Assembly (NCBI RefSeq): GCF_902713615.1 | Contig: NC_052154.1 | Location: 66,240,621 to 66,304,620, forward strand | Source of the DNA: Scyliorhinus canicula | Taxonomy: Eukaryota | DNA length: 64,000 nucleotides | Reading direction: 5' to 3' | In this document: one piece after another, positions 26,600-37,612 of the stretch | Layout: each line of letters starts with the position of its first letter | Position numbering within the stretch: the stretch's first letter is position 1 | The notes under the pieces: model-generated | The model's database searches: none | What the model saw: only the letters and a program-made list of their open reading frames with translations | What the model was told of the DNA's origin: nothing | Position numbers and translations under genes: made by a program

Positions 26600-28999
26600 C
26601 TAGTCAATGGAAGGATGCAACTGTTATTAGTAGAGCACGGAAGGCCACTGGAAAGTATAAACATTGGTTGAATGTACAGCATTCAGGAGGAGTCAAGACA
26701 ATGGATTGGGAACACAAAGTTCAAAAATGGAGGGCACAGTAACGTAGTGCCAGTTCAGATAGTACATCGGATAGTGAACAACTCCGCAGGAAAAGGTCGA
26801 GAACTATTGAAAGGACATCCCACAGCAGAAGGGAAAGATCAAGCAGTAGCAGTACAGAACAAGATGCCAGGCGGGAGAGGGGACATAGTTTATCAAGATC
26901 TCGGAACATGAGTAAGAATACAAATAATAATAGGAGTAGAAGCCCAGATGCATGTGATATTTGGTGACTTTCAATAAATTAGATAAAAAGTTATCAAAGA
27001 TGCAAAACAGCAAGAACTGTTGGAATGAATTTGGGGTATATACGGAAGTACCAGATAGGGGACAAAGAGCTCTATCCCACAGATGGATTTGCACAGAAAA
27101 GGTTCTTCTAGGGCAAAGGCCAGGCTTGTGGCAAGGAGATTTGAAGAAAACTTAGACAATCAGGATTTAAGGGTAGATTCACCTACAGCAGGAAAGGTTA
27201 TTTTAAAGATTTTCTTGGCTCTATTAGCCACAAAGGCATGGGAATGCAAATCTATGCCTTTTTGCAGGGGCATCAGCTCCAGAGAGACATTTTTCTCCGT
27301 CCTCCTAAAGTGACAGCTAACACAGAAGGGGTACTCTGGAAGTTGAACAAATGTGTATATGGATTAAATGATGCGTCTAGAGTCTGGTATTTTTCGGTAA
27401 GGTCAGTTTTGTTAAAGTTAGGCTGTTGCCAGTTGAAAGCAGATCCGGCAATGTTTTACTGGCACTATAAAGGAAATCTTTCTGGCATCTTTATGATGCA
27501 TGTCGATGATTTTTTGTGGGGTGGGACTAGTGATTTTGAAGCTATTGTAATCTCTTATCTGAGGAAAGAATTCAGTGTTGGAAGTCAGGCTTCTGGTGCA
27601 TTTAAATATATTGGACTGGAAATCGGACAGACTAAGTTAGGGCAACTTTGCGTCAGCAACCTTATTTGGAAAGCATCAGCCCAATGGCAATTAGTCGTGG
27701 CCGGGTTTCACAAAAAGACGTAATGGTTTCAAAGATGGAAAAAGAGCAACTGCAAAGTTTAATTGGGCAACTACATTGGTTAGGTAGGCAGACTAGATCG
27801 GACGTGAGTTTTGATGTCTTAGAGTTGAGTACAAAAATGAATGATCCCAAAGTGGAAGACATAATAAGAGCAAATAAAGCGTCGGTCAAACTAAAAATGC
27901 AGGAGTGTGTTTTGAGGTTCCAGGTTTTAGGTGACCTAAGGCACTTGAAACTTATAGTTTATAGTGATGCATCCTATGCAAATTTATGAGATGGGGTTTC
28001 AAGCGCAGGAGGTTTTATAATTTTCCTCTTGGGAACAATGGTAAATGTTGCCCTCTTGTGTGGGAAACAAAGAAAATACGGAGAGTGGTCAAAAGCACTT
28101 TGGGTGCTGAGACGTTAAGCCTTGTAGAGGCGGGGGATATGGTCTTTTATATATCTCAGATATTGACAGGAATTTTGGGATTAAAGGATTTGGGTAATAT
28201 ACCTATTGAATGCCACATTGACAATAAATCCCTGTGGGAAAATTTGCACTCTACAAAAAGTGTCAATGAAAGGGCAGCACGGTGGCACAGTGGTTAGCAT
28301 TGCTGCCTACGGCGCTGAGGACCCGGGTTCGAATCCCGGCCCTGGGTCACTGTCGGTGTGGAGTTTGCACATTCTCCCCGTGTTTGCATGGGTTTCACCC
28401 CCACAACCCAAAGATGTGCAGGTTAGGTGGATTGGCCATGCTAAATTGCCCCTTAATTGGAAAAAATTAATTGGGCACTCTAAATTAAAAAAAAAAGTGT
28501 CAATGAAAAAAGGTTAAAGATAGACATCGCAAGTTTGAAGCAGATGTTGGACAGAGGGGAGATAGCAAAAATTAAATGGGTCGACCGTAGCTATCAATTG
28601 TCAGACTGTTTTACAAAAAGAGGGGCTAGTTCACAGAAACTTTTGGATATTGTTAATGAAGTTTCTGTGACTGTTTTATTTTTATTACAAAAAAAAAATT
28701 TTTTTAAAGGGTGAAAATTGCATGTATGTTTTTGAGTTTCTTGTAATTTTGTTTTCACCTTTTTTTTTCTCCAAGGTGAGACTGTTAAGTAATGGGTTAA
28801 GAGACATTCCAATTAGTTGTCTCATTTATGTTAAGTATCCAACAATTGACATTGATATGTAAAGAGGCTTCAGGTGGCCTTTGTGTCAGGTGATGTGAAG
28901 ATAGAGTTTTGTGCAAAGTCTGTTAAAGTGAAATAAAGGTGTTTCTGAAAAGGAGCAGAATCTTTGACTCTTTATACAACAGCAGTTAAACGTCTAACA
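26600..28999 (+). mobile_element. Ty1/copia LTR retrotransposon, 3' half (RT-RNase H remnant plus 3' LTR)
   Basis: Frameshifted motifs KARLVAR, AFLQG, LNKCVYGLNDASRVW, DPAMF, HVDDFLWGG, YSDAS, VVKSTLGAETL, IDNKSL, LSDCFTK. LTR 28783-28999 with TGTTA..TAACA ends and AATAAA. Confidence 0.9.
28272..28491 (+). mobile_element. tRNA-derived V-SINE (HE1-like) inserted in the copia RNase H
   Basis: A box TGGCACAGTGG, B box GGTTCGAATCC, core TGTGGAGTTTGCACATTCTCCCC, 17-bp TSD AAAAAGTGTCAATGAAA (28255-28271, 28492-28508). Confidence 0.92.
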
Positions 29000-29211
29000 C
29001 CCCTCCTCCCCCATTCCGGTACAAATTTACCCTTTCTCTTCAAATTGCCCCTTTAAACACTTATTTTATGGCAGTTTGTTTCTTTCTTCTCTGAGTCTCA
29101 GTGACTCCACCGATGCAGCAGGGGCATGTTTTGCTGCTCCTGTCTCACCCAGCCTAAGTAGGGAAGGTTGGGCGAGACAGAGGCTTTGGAATATCAACGT
29201 GGGTAAGTCGA

Positions 29212-29424
29212 AGGGCTGCATGTGGGGCAGTGCTTAGCACTGGGACTACGGCGCAGAGAACCAGGTTTGAATCCCTGGCCCTGGGTCACTGTCCGTGTGG
29301 AGTTTGCACATTCTCCCCGTGTCTGCATGGGTTTCAGCCACACAATCCAAAGATGTGCAGGTCAGACGCTAAATTGCCCCTTAATTGGAGAAAAGATAAT
29401 TGGGTAATCTAAATTTTTTTTAAA
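29212..29424 (+). mobile_element. tRNA-derived V-SINE
   Basis: Same core; direct repeat AACGTGGGTAAGTC on both sides. Confidence 0.88.
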
Positions 29425-29694
29425 ACGTGGGTAAGTCTGTTGAGAGTGCCAATCTGCTGGAGATTGCTACACTGAGGAAGTTACGGACCCTAATTAAAAC
29501 AGCTAATTACTCTTTAACATATTTAAACTGGAAACCCCCTGCACCTGGAAGGGTCTCTCTCAAGCAGCCACAAAAAGAACTTTGTTTATATTATAGATTG
29601 AATGGGTGTCATAAATAATTTGGGAATGGTCCCAAAATGCCAGAGGATGAAGTTGAAAATAAACCTGGAAAGTATGACAGGCTGTTATTTAAAA

Positions 29695-31120
29695 AAATAT
29701 TTTATTCAAATTTTGACATTTTAACAATTAAACACATAAAACACATAACATTTACAAAACAAAACCAACCCAAAATAAAGCCAAATCCCAGGCCCACCCT
29801 CCTCCCAAAGACCCCCAACCAACCCCCTCCCATCTTCCCTCCTCCCTAGCAGTTGGCGGCAACCAGCTTCCCGAAATGCAATACAAACACCATCTCTTGT
29901 GGAACCCCTCACTCGCCCCCATCAGAGCAAATGTCACCTCCAAATACAAGAATTTCATTAAACCCCCCCCCACCAGCCATAGCGAGGCACAGGGTGGAGA
30001 AGCTGACCTCCATCCCAACAGAACCCGCCTGCGATCAATCAACGAGGCAAAGGCTAAAACATCTGTCCCCCCTCCCGTCTGCAACTCCGGCAGGTGCAAC
30101 ATCCTGAGTATGGCCCCCAGGGGACTGGGCTCTAAGTCCACATGCAAGATCGCCCACATGATGCTGAAAAACGACACGCTGAAAAACGACACTCAAAGCT
30201 TCCCCAACTTCAGGCATGTGAATGTGATTGGCTGGGACCCTCCCACAATGTTCACCAATATCCTCCACCCCCTCAAACAACCAACTCATCCTCGACTTTG
30301 TCAGGCCCTATGTACTCCCTTTAGCTGCATCAACTCCTGCCTCGCACACGAGGTTGAGGCATTTACCCTCCGTAGCACCTCCTCCAGCACCATCCCCAGC
30401 TCCTCCTCCCACTTGGCCTTAACCCCTCCGGAGACTCTCTATCCTCCTCCAAAATGCTTCCATTAATCGCTGAGACAACCCACCCCTTCCGATCCCATCA
30501 CCGACACCGGCTCTGGCAAAGAGGAGGGAGGTGTCATTACAAAGATCGGACGGATCTTTTTCACAAAATGCTGCTCTTGCATCTATCTGAAACCTTCCCC
30601 TCGCGACACCCCAAACCTCTCCCCCAACTCCTCCAGACTCACAAACCGTCCTTCTAGAACGGATCTTTTATTTCCACCACCCCTCGCTCCTCGCATCCCC
30701 GAAACCTCACATCCATCCTCCCAGGCTCAAACCCATGGTTCCCATCGAATTGGCATCAACTTCGACCCCGCCCCCAACCGAAAGTGCTGCCAAAACGGCA
30801 TAGTTTCAGCATGGCCACGACCACCGGATTCCCTGAATACCTCCCCGGGGCAAATGGAAGGGGTGCCGTTGCCAACGCCCGCAATCCCGACCCCTTACAA
30901 AAACCTGCCTCCATTTTCACCCACAAAGCCTCCGTCTCCCTACTCCAGCCCTGCTCCTTCTCAGTGTTTTCCACCCTGTAATAGCCCATACAAACAACAA
31001 AATCAGCCTCTCCACCCCCATAAAAACATTTTCGGCAATGGAACAAGAATAAAAACCACGGCAAAATGTTCATCTTAACCGACTGCACCCGGCCTGCCAA
31101 CAATAGCAATGACAGACTTT
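29695..31120 (-). mobile_element. L1/Tx1-clade LINE fragment
   Basis: Degenerate ORF2 pieces (LAGRVQSVKMNILPWFLFLF; LAFASLIDRRRVLLGWRSASPP) homologous to the 13.3-14.7 kb element. Confidence 0.8.
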
Positions 31121-31319
31121 GATGGTGTTTGGCAAAGGTTAGCAAGACAAATAAAATGCTGAACATACAGGGAACAAGGCTGACTTTTTCTTCCTACCAA
31201 ATTCCTACCCATTTAAAATGATAACCTCATACAGTCATAGAGGTCATACATCACAGAAAATGGCCCTTCGGCCCATCACGTCTGCGCTGGTCAAAAACAA
31301 GCACCCAAAACCCCATCTG

Positions 31320-31590
31320 TTTTCAGCGATGTTGTTTGAAGGATAAATACTAGTCTGGGCACACAGGGGAGCTGTTGGCGTGCTTGCCACATGGCACCAC
31401 TGGTCCTTTTCTACTTAAGAGGGCAGACAGGACTTTGGAGGGACAGTGCCTCCCTCAGTGAGTGAGAGTGTAGCACGCCCTGGAGTGTCCACCTGGGTTG
31501 TGTGCTGAGGCCTCTGGAGTGTAGCTTATACTTGCAGCCTTCTGACCCAGAGGCAGAGAACTACCTACCACTGAGTCCAGGCTGCCACGT
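31320..31590 (+). mobile_element. Ancient SINE remnant (Deu-domain-like) upstream of agrp
   Basis: GATGTTG..GAAGGATAAATA..GAGGGCAGACAGG..CCTTCTGAC..GAGGC pattern, also seen at ~1000-1430 and reversed at ~33850-34015. Family assignment is from recall only. Confidence 0.4.
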
Positions 31591-31634
31591 TGATATCAGC
31601 TAAATGATTGCTTTTGAAAGAAAGCTTGAGTGAG

Positions 31635-31712
31635 GTAAATACAAATCCCACTCCTCCTCCTTCAGTGCTGGCGTCACCGTGACAATGAAGTTGCATCCAG
31701 CGGATATAAATC
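31635..31712 (+). promoter_or_regulatory. Candidate agrp proximal promoter (forkhead-like, CRE-like and TATA motifs)
   Basis: GTAAATA at 31635-31641, TGGCGTCA at 31669-31676 and TATAAA at 31705-31710, ~250 bp upstream of the acceptor preceding the ATG. This implies a short non-coding first exon. Confidence 0.4.
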
Positions 31713-31956
31713 CAGGGCTCAAAACAGTAGCACTTCGCACCAAGCAGTGGTTGGACAAGAAAGTTTCCTTTCGTTTCTCACCAATACTTTTTGTTTTGGT
31801 AACTAAAGGTTATTTATTCGCAGTGGGTTTTAAATCGTATCTTAGCAAATGCATTTTATACCTATGAAAGAGAAATCATACCGTGTACCAATACTTGTGG
31901 CTAATAATTTGAATGTTTGCTCCGGCTGAACTTTCTTCCTTTGCCTCCTAGGTATC

Positions 31957-32116
31957 ATGTTTAGAGTTGTGTTGTTGTGCTGGAGCCTGCAGATGGTTCA
32001 GGTCGTTCTCACCAGGACTGCAGAGAATGAGCTGGACTTGACCTTGATGCCGAATGACGCTCCATACAGCGACCTTGCTCTGTTGAGCAGGGTCCAGACC
32101 CTCCTGCCTGCCGCAG
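31957..32116 (+). CDS. agrp: Agouti-related peptide, coding exon 1 (signal peptide and pro-region)
   Basis: Pyrimidine tract and AG acceptor at 31950-31951, ATG at 31957, hydrophobic N-terminus MFRVVLLCWSLQMVQVVLT, donor CAG|GTGTGT at 32117. 160 nt, phase 1, joins in frame to the next exon. Confidence 0.85.
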
Positions 32117-32913
32117 GTGTGTGTTTGAACTGTTTGTGTCTCACTCTGCGCTTGTCTGTGTTAGTCCAGGAGTCAGGCAAGTAAATGCCCGCCGCTTCAC
32201 CCACAATTGGCAGTCAAGTGGCACTTTCAGGAGCTTAGAACAAATGGGTCACAAAATCGACTTAAAAATGATTGTCCTTATCGAGAGGGAGTGAGTAATT
32301 TCTGAGTTTGTAAAGCAAACGTCCTCACTACTTGAGTAGCTGGGCAGTTGCAAAATTCTGTTCTAAGTTGCAACATTTACCTCAGATCTCTGAGCTTGCA
32401 TTCTGATTTTCGCATTGAATCAATTATTTTGTCTCATATTTACTTCAAATGTATCAACAAACAAGTAACCTTTAATTTATTAAGAGTGGGCGGACTTCTT
32501 CTGTTGCTCACAGGAGGATATTGTTTTTATAATAGTTTTGTCCCTCTTCCCTCCATCGACTGTTCATTTCCCGCTCTGCTTTTGTCAAGTTTCTTTTTGA
32601 CTTGTCTCCGTCAGTTTTCTCCTGTTTCTCTCTCAGTTCCTGTATTGTGCTTTCCCCGCCTCTCCTCCGCCTAACCCCCACTCGATAGATATCCTGCTGG
32701 GAAGAGACGGTGCATAAAGCACGATTCTTTCAACTATCCCTCATTGTTTAAAATTGCAAAATATGCCGTCCTGGTAGAGACAAGAATGCATGTTGATTTC
32801 GAAGAATCTTCATTTTTAGTAAGAATCAAATCAAAGCTGAGTGTTTCACTATCTGACCTTGACCAAGTAGCATCTTGCAAATTAATTTAACGTTATGTGA
32901 TTCTGTAATCCAG

Positions 32914-32999
32914 GTCCACTGTCCAGCCCCGCATTGGACGGAGCAGTGGGTTCAGTTCAGGAGGATCGTGTGTCAGAGAACATCATGCTGGAACCTCAG
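32914..32999 (+). CDS. agrp: Agouti-related peptide, coding exon 2 (acidic pro-region)
   Basis: CAG acceptor 32911-32913, 86-nt open exon (G)PLSSPALDGAVGSVQEDRVSENIMLEPQ, donor CAG|GTAGTT at 33000. Phase 1 in, phase 0 out, matching both neighbours. Too short for the ORF track. Confidence 0.8.
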
Positions 33000-33228
33000 G
33001 TAGTTGCAATTTTCACACAGCAACAACGCAAAGCAGGATGACTGTTGCTGTGTGATTAACGTAGTTCAATTTTTATTACAGATAAGTATAGACTCTTAAT
33101 AATAATTTTTCAAATGTTGTGCAGATCGGCCTATTTGTATGATTGAATGAGATTTTGTGAAATTCTTCTGTTACATTGACTTGTCAGCACAGGCTCAGTT
33201 AGCAGCACTCTCACCTGTGAGGCACAAG

Positions 33229-34602
33229 TGGACTAGATTCTCCGTTTTTGAGGCTATGTTCCCACGCCGGCGTGGGAACAGTGGCATTTTACGACATAAA
33301 AAGTGTAAAACAGCGACCGATCCTCCGATTGTCTGGAGGCTAGCATCAAGGCAGCGTAGAGCACCCAGCTCTACCTGCTGATACGGCCCAGAGAATTGCC
33401 AGGTCTGTGCCTGCGCAAGCACACAGTGGTGGCCTGCAGCGACACGGCAGCGGCCGCTCGGGGACTCGGCCTGCAAAATAGTGCCCCTCTTTGGCTGGCT
33501 CGTGCGCCCTGGACCACCCCCCAACAGTGCCCCCGGCCCCTGGCAAAGTCCCCCCTGCTCGCGGATCAGCCTCCCCGGCTGCTACACCGAGTTCCCAATG
33601 GATGAGACCACACGCGACCTGCGTTGTCGGGAACTTGGCCGGTCAGGGGCGGACCATCGGGAGGTGAGCCTCAGGCAATGTCCTGAGGCCATCAATATGG
33701 CGCATGGCGTACTTTCCGAGTACGCTGCTTTGGAGGGGGCGGAGCATCGTGAACGAGGCGCTGCACCCGATCCGCTCATGAACGGGGTTTCTCCGGCTGA
33801 TCACCGAACACGATTTTGGCGTCAGTGACCGGAGAATCCCGCCTAAGGTTTTGGGTTTGCATCCCAGCTCCGTACTGAGGGAGAGATGAGGTTTTAGACT
33901 GAGGCTCCACCTGCGTGGATGTACAATAAAAATCTCATTGCACTATTTGGAAGGAGCTGGAAAGTTATCCCAGAATTAATATCCTCGGTCAACGTCAGAA
34001 AAGCAGATCATCTGGGCTCTGAAGAAGTTATATGGACTCAAAACGTTGAGTGGAATTCTCCCAAGAAATTACTTTGCGGCGTGAAAACCGGTGAAAATCT
34101 CGGCCACAATACCACCGTGATTCCCCTCGGAATTCTCCCACATGTAACTTGGGGAGGCTCCCGTTGGGAAACAGATGTGCAGGACATAAAGACACCACCA
34201 GACCACCTCCTCGGAGATAGGATGCCCCAATGCCTCAAATTCCAGACGTACCCATAGCCCCTCTCCTCCTACTTACCAGCAGAACATCCTCCCCCCACTC
34301 TCAGGCATCAGTCCCCACCCCCATCGCTAGTACCAACCACCCCCCCCCCCCAAGTGACCAACACCACGAAGGCCCCTCCTTTAAGGTCCTCCCCTCCATG
34401 TTCCACTTCATGCCCCCACCTCTCAATACCCCTCCTTTCTAGGCCGTGACCCCTCTCAGGTCCCACCCCCTTGGCAATGCCCCATGGTACCCTGGCAGTG
34501 CCTCTGAGTCCGCACTTTCGGAGGCTGCTGACACCGGAGTGGTTCGCGCCGGTTTTCCCACCGGCATGGGGACTTAGTCCCCAGAAAGGAGAATCCCGCC
34601 CA
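33229..34602. mobile_element. Two GC-rich Harbinger-like MITEs in agrp intron
   Basis: ~33229-33844 (GATTCTCC..GGAGAATCCCGCC) and ~34048-34602 (GAATTCTCC..GGAGAATCCCGCCC) share the same TIR family. Confidence 0.6.
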
Positions 34603-36007
34603 GTGTCTCTAGGCAAATATTTTAGCAAAGATCCTGGAGTGACTGGGATTCACGTGGTAACCAACATGCGAGATAAGTGTAAATTGAATGTCCTGCAGTC
34701 ACATATTCAGGAGCTGAATGTTTTTAAATAAATAGTGCAGGATTTATAAAGGAACCCAAGGAAGTAGTACAAGGAATAAGAGCGACAAGGAGCCCACACT
34801 TCAAATTTAGATTTTCCTAATCAGTGATATATTACAACGGTGGGGCAAATTAATTCCTGGAACATGGGCTTCACGGGCAAGGCTGGTGTTTTATTGCTGA
34901 CCCATCATTGGCCCTGAAAAGGTGGTGATGAGCCTTCTTCTTGAACCACACCATTCCGTGTGTGAAGGTGAACCCTCAGGCCTGTTAGGGAGGCAGCTCC
35001 AGATTTTTCACCCGGTGATGATGAAGGAATGGTGTTACACGTCCAAATTGAGATGGTGTGTGGAGGCCGCAGGCTTTTAGGTGGTGGAGGCCGCAGGCTT
35101 TTTAATACAGTACAGGATAAGAGATTAATCCATGAGTTAGGGAAGCATAAAATAAAACGGGTGTCATTTATTTAATCCAAAAACAAAATGCTGCAAATGC
35201 CAGAAATCTGATATGAGGAAGGATCGTCATCACCCCAAAACATTAATTCTGTTTCTCTCCACAGATGCTGCCTGACCTGCTGAGTATTTCCAGCATTTTC
35301 TGATATTTATTTAGTCACTGGGAAAAAAAACGCCCTGGCCCCAAAATACAATTTGAGAGAATGGATATTATTTTTTAAATCCCAGCATTCAATGTATTTT
35401 TTTCCCAACTTTGTATTAAAAATCCTTAAAGTTATAGGCAGGGAGCCAGTTGACTAGTTGGCTCAAGCGTGGTGCAAAATAGCAGCAACAGAGTGAGTTC
35501 AATTCCCCGTACTGGCTGAGGTAATTTTTTGGGCCCCTCTCCTGGCCTTGCCCCATTGTGATATCATGGTATAAATGATGATTATCAGCCCTCAAACAAT
35601 GAGGACATTAAATGAAGAGAGCCAGAGAAAAGCATTGGCAAGGTGAATTCTGGGATAAGTAGTTACAGTGCTAGCATTCAGAAGCAGGGAATTGTGTGAA
35701 CTGAACAAATATTTGAAAGAAAATCTATAGAGAGAGATAAATGTTTGGAAAAGCTGCCCTGGGAGTCTATCAAGGCTGCTTAACATCACTCATTTAAGTG
35801 GGTTCAGACAGGCATTTGATGAGAATTTAGAGATATAAGTAGGGAACTGTGTGTTTTATTACTGGCTGGCGAGATGCAACAAAATGATCTTGTCAGATCC
35901 TGTGTGTCTGTCTATTGTTCGTGTTTCACTATTAAATGCAATTGTTCATTAACTGCTGCAATATGAAGAAATGGTGTGCTTTTCTGATCTTTAAATTTGC
36001 TTTGCAG

Positions 36008-36196
36008 GTAATATCCAATGCTCTGGAGATAGAGAGATCAGAGCGTTCGCCCAGGAGATGTGTCCGACACTTGGAATCCTGTTTTGGTCATACTCTGCCT
36101 TGCTGTGACCCATGTGCCATTTGCTATTGCAGGTTTTTTAATGCCATTTGTTACTGCAGGAAGATCGGCAACAGCTGTCACCAGGGCAAGAGTTAA
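36008..36196 (+). CDS. agrp: Agouti-related peptide, last coding exon (cystine-knot agouti domain)
   Basis: TTTGCAG acceptor, then VISNALEIERSERSPRRCVRHLESCFGHTLPCCDPCAICYCRFFNAICYCRKIGNSCHQGKS-stop. Ten Cys, C-x6-C-x6-CC spacing, RFF melanocortin-receptor loop and RSPRR processing region, very close to the mammalian AgRP C-terminus. The three exons total 435 nt = 144 aa + stop. Confidence 0.96.
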   Translation, partial: VISNALEIERSERSPRRCVRHLESCFGHTLPCCDPCAICYCRFFNAICYCRKIGNSCHQGKS

Positions 36197-36297
36197 TTTT
36201 GTACTTATGTTGTGTGCTTGAATATGTTTCTGTAGGGAGCATATGCACAAATTTATGTTATTTGTTTTTTGTGTCTTGCTTGTAATGTAAGAGTTAA

Positions 36298-36303
36298 AAT
36301 AAA
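36298..36303 (+). terminator. Putative agrp polyadenylation signal
   Basis: AATAAA ~100 nt after the stop codon, with GT-rich sequence further downstream. Confidence 0.6.
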
Positions 36304-36499
36304 CTTACGACACACGTTTCAGAAAAAAATAGACGTGTTTATGGCTGTACCACGAAGATTTTCTTTATTTGAGACATGTAGACATTGTAGGACTTTGTAA
36401 CTATTTTGGGGGAAATTTTAAAACTACACTTCTTAAATGTGTCTCAGAAAAGGTCAAAAAAATATTTCTATAAGACATCAATCTCAGGCTTAATTACAA

Positions 36500-37612
36500 T
36501 GCAGGATATCAGTACAGGGATGGTGGCAGGATACCAGTACAGGGATGGCCGCAGGATACCAGTACAGGGATGGTGGCAGGATATCAGTACAGGGATATTC
36601 GCAGGATACCAGTACAGGGATGGTGGCAGGATCCCAGTACAGGGATGGTGGCAGGATCCCAGTACAGGGATGGTGGCAGGATACCAGTACAGGGATGGTC
36701 GCAGGATACCAGTACAGGGATATTCGCAGGATACCAGTACAGGGATGGCCGCAGGATACCAGTACAGGGATGGTCACAGGATCCCAGTACAGGGATGGTG
36801 GCAGGATACCAGTACAGGGATGGTGGCAGGATACCAGTACAGGGATGGCCGCGGGATACCAGTACAGGGATGGTGGCAGGATACCAGTACAGGGATGGTG
36901 GCAGGATACCAGTACAGGGATGGTGGCAGGATACCAGTACAGGGATGGTGGCAGGATCCCAGTACAGGGATGGTGGCAGGATACCAGTACAGGGATGGTG
37001 GCAGGATACCAGTACAGGGATGGCCGCAGGATACCAGTACAGGGATGGCCGCAGGATACCAGTACAGGGATGGCCGCAGGATACCAGTACAGGGATGGCC
37101 GCAGGATCCCAGTACAGGGATGGCCGCAGGATCCCAGTACAGGGATGGTGGAAGGATACCAGTACAGGGATGGTGGCAGGATACCAGTACAGGGATGGTG
37201 GCAGGATACCAGTACAGGGATGGCCGCAGGATACCAGTACAGGGATGGCCGCAGGATACCAGTACAGGGATGGTGGCAGGATCCCAGTACAGGGATGGTG
37301 GCAGGATACCAGTACAGGGATGGTGGCAGGATACCAGAACAGGGATGGTGGCAGGATACCAGTACAGGGATGGTGGCAGGATACCAGTACAGGGATGGTC
37401 ACAGGATACCAGTACAGGGATGGCCGCAGGATACCAGTACAGGGATGGCCGCAGGATACCAGTACAGGGATGGTGGCAGGATCCCAGTACAGGGATGGTG
37501 GCAGGATACCAGTACAGGGATGGTGGCAGGATACCAGAACAGGGATGGTGGCAGGATACCAGTACAGGGATGGTGGCAGGATACCAGTACAGGGATGGTC
37601 GCAGGATACCAG
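36500..37612 (-). repeat. Same 25-bp satellite in reverse orientation (~44 units)
   Basis: Tandem GGATACCAGTACAGGGATGGTGGCA, the reverse complement of the left unit. Ends mid-unit (..ACCAG) at the LTR at 37613. Confidence 0.98.

Noticed and set aside
28272-28345. tRNA genes at SINE heads
   Set aside because: A/B boxes continue into the SINE core and tail, with TSDs; no complete cloverleaf.
35936-36007. N-terminal part of the 86-aa ORF as the AgRP start
   Set aside because: It is intron sequence ending in a TTTGCAG acceptor; the signal peptide is encoded at 31957.
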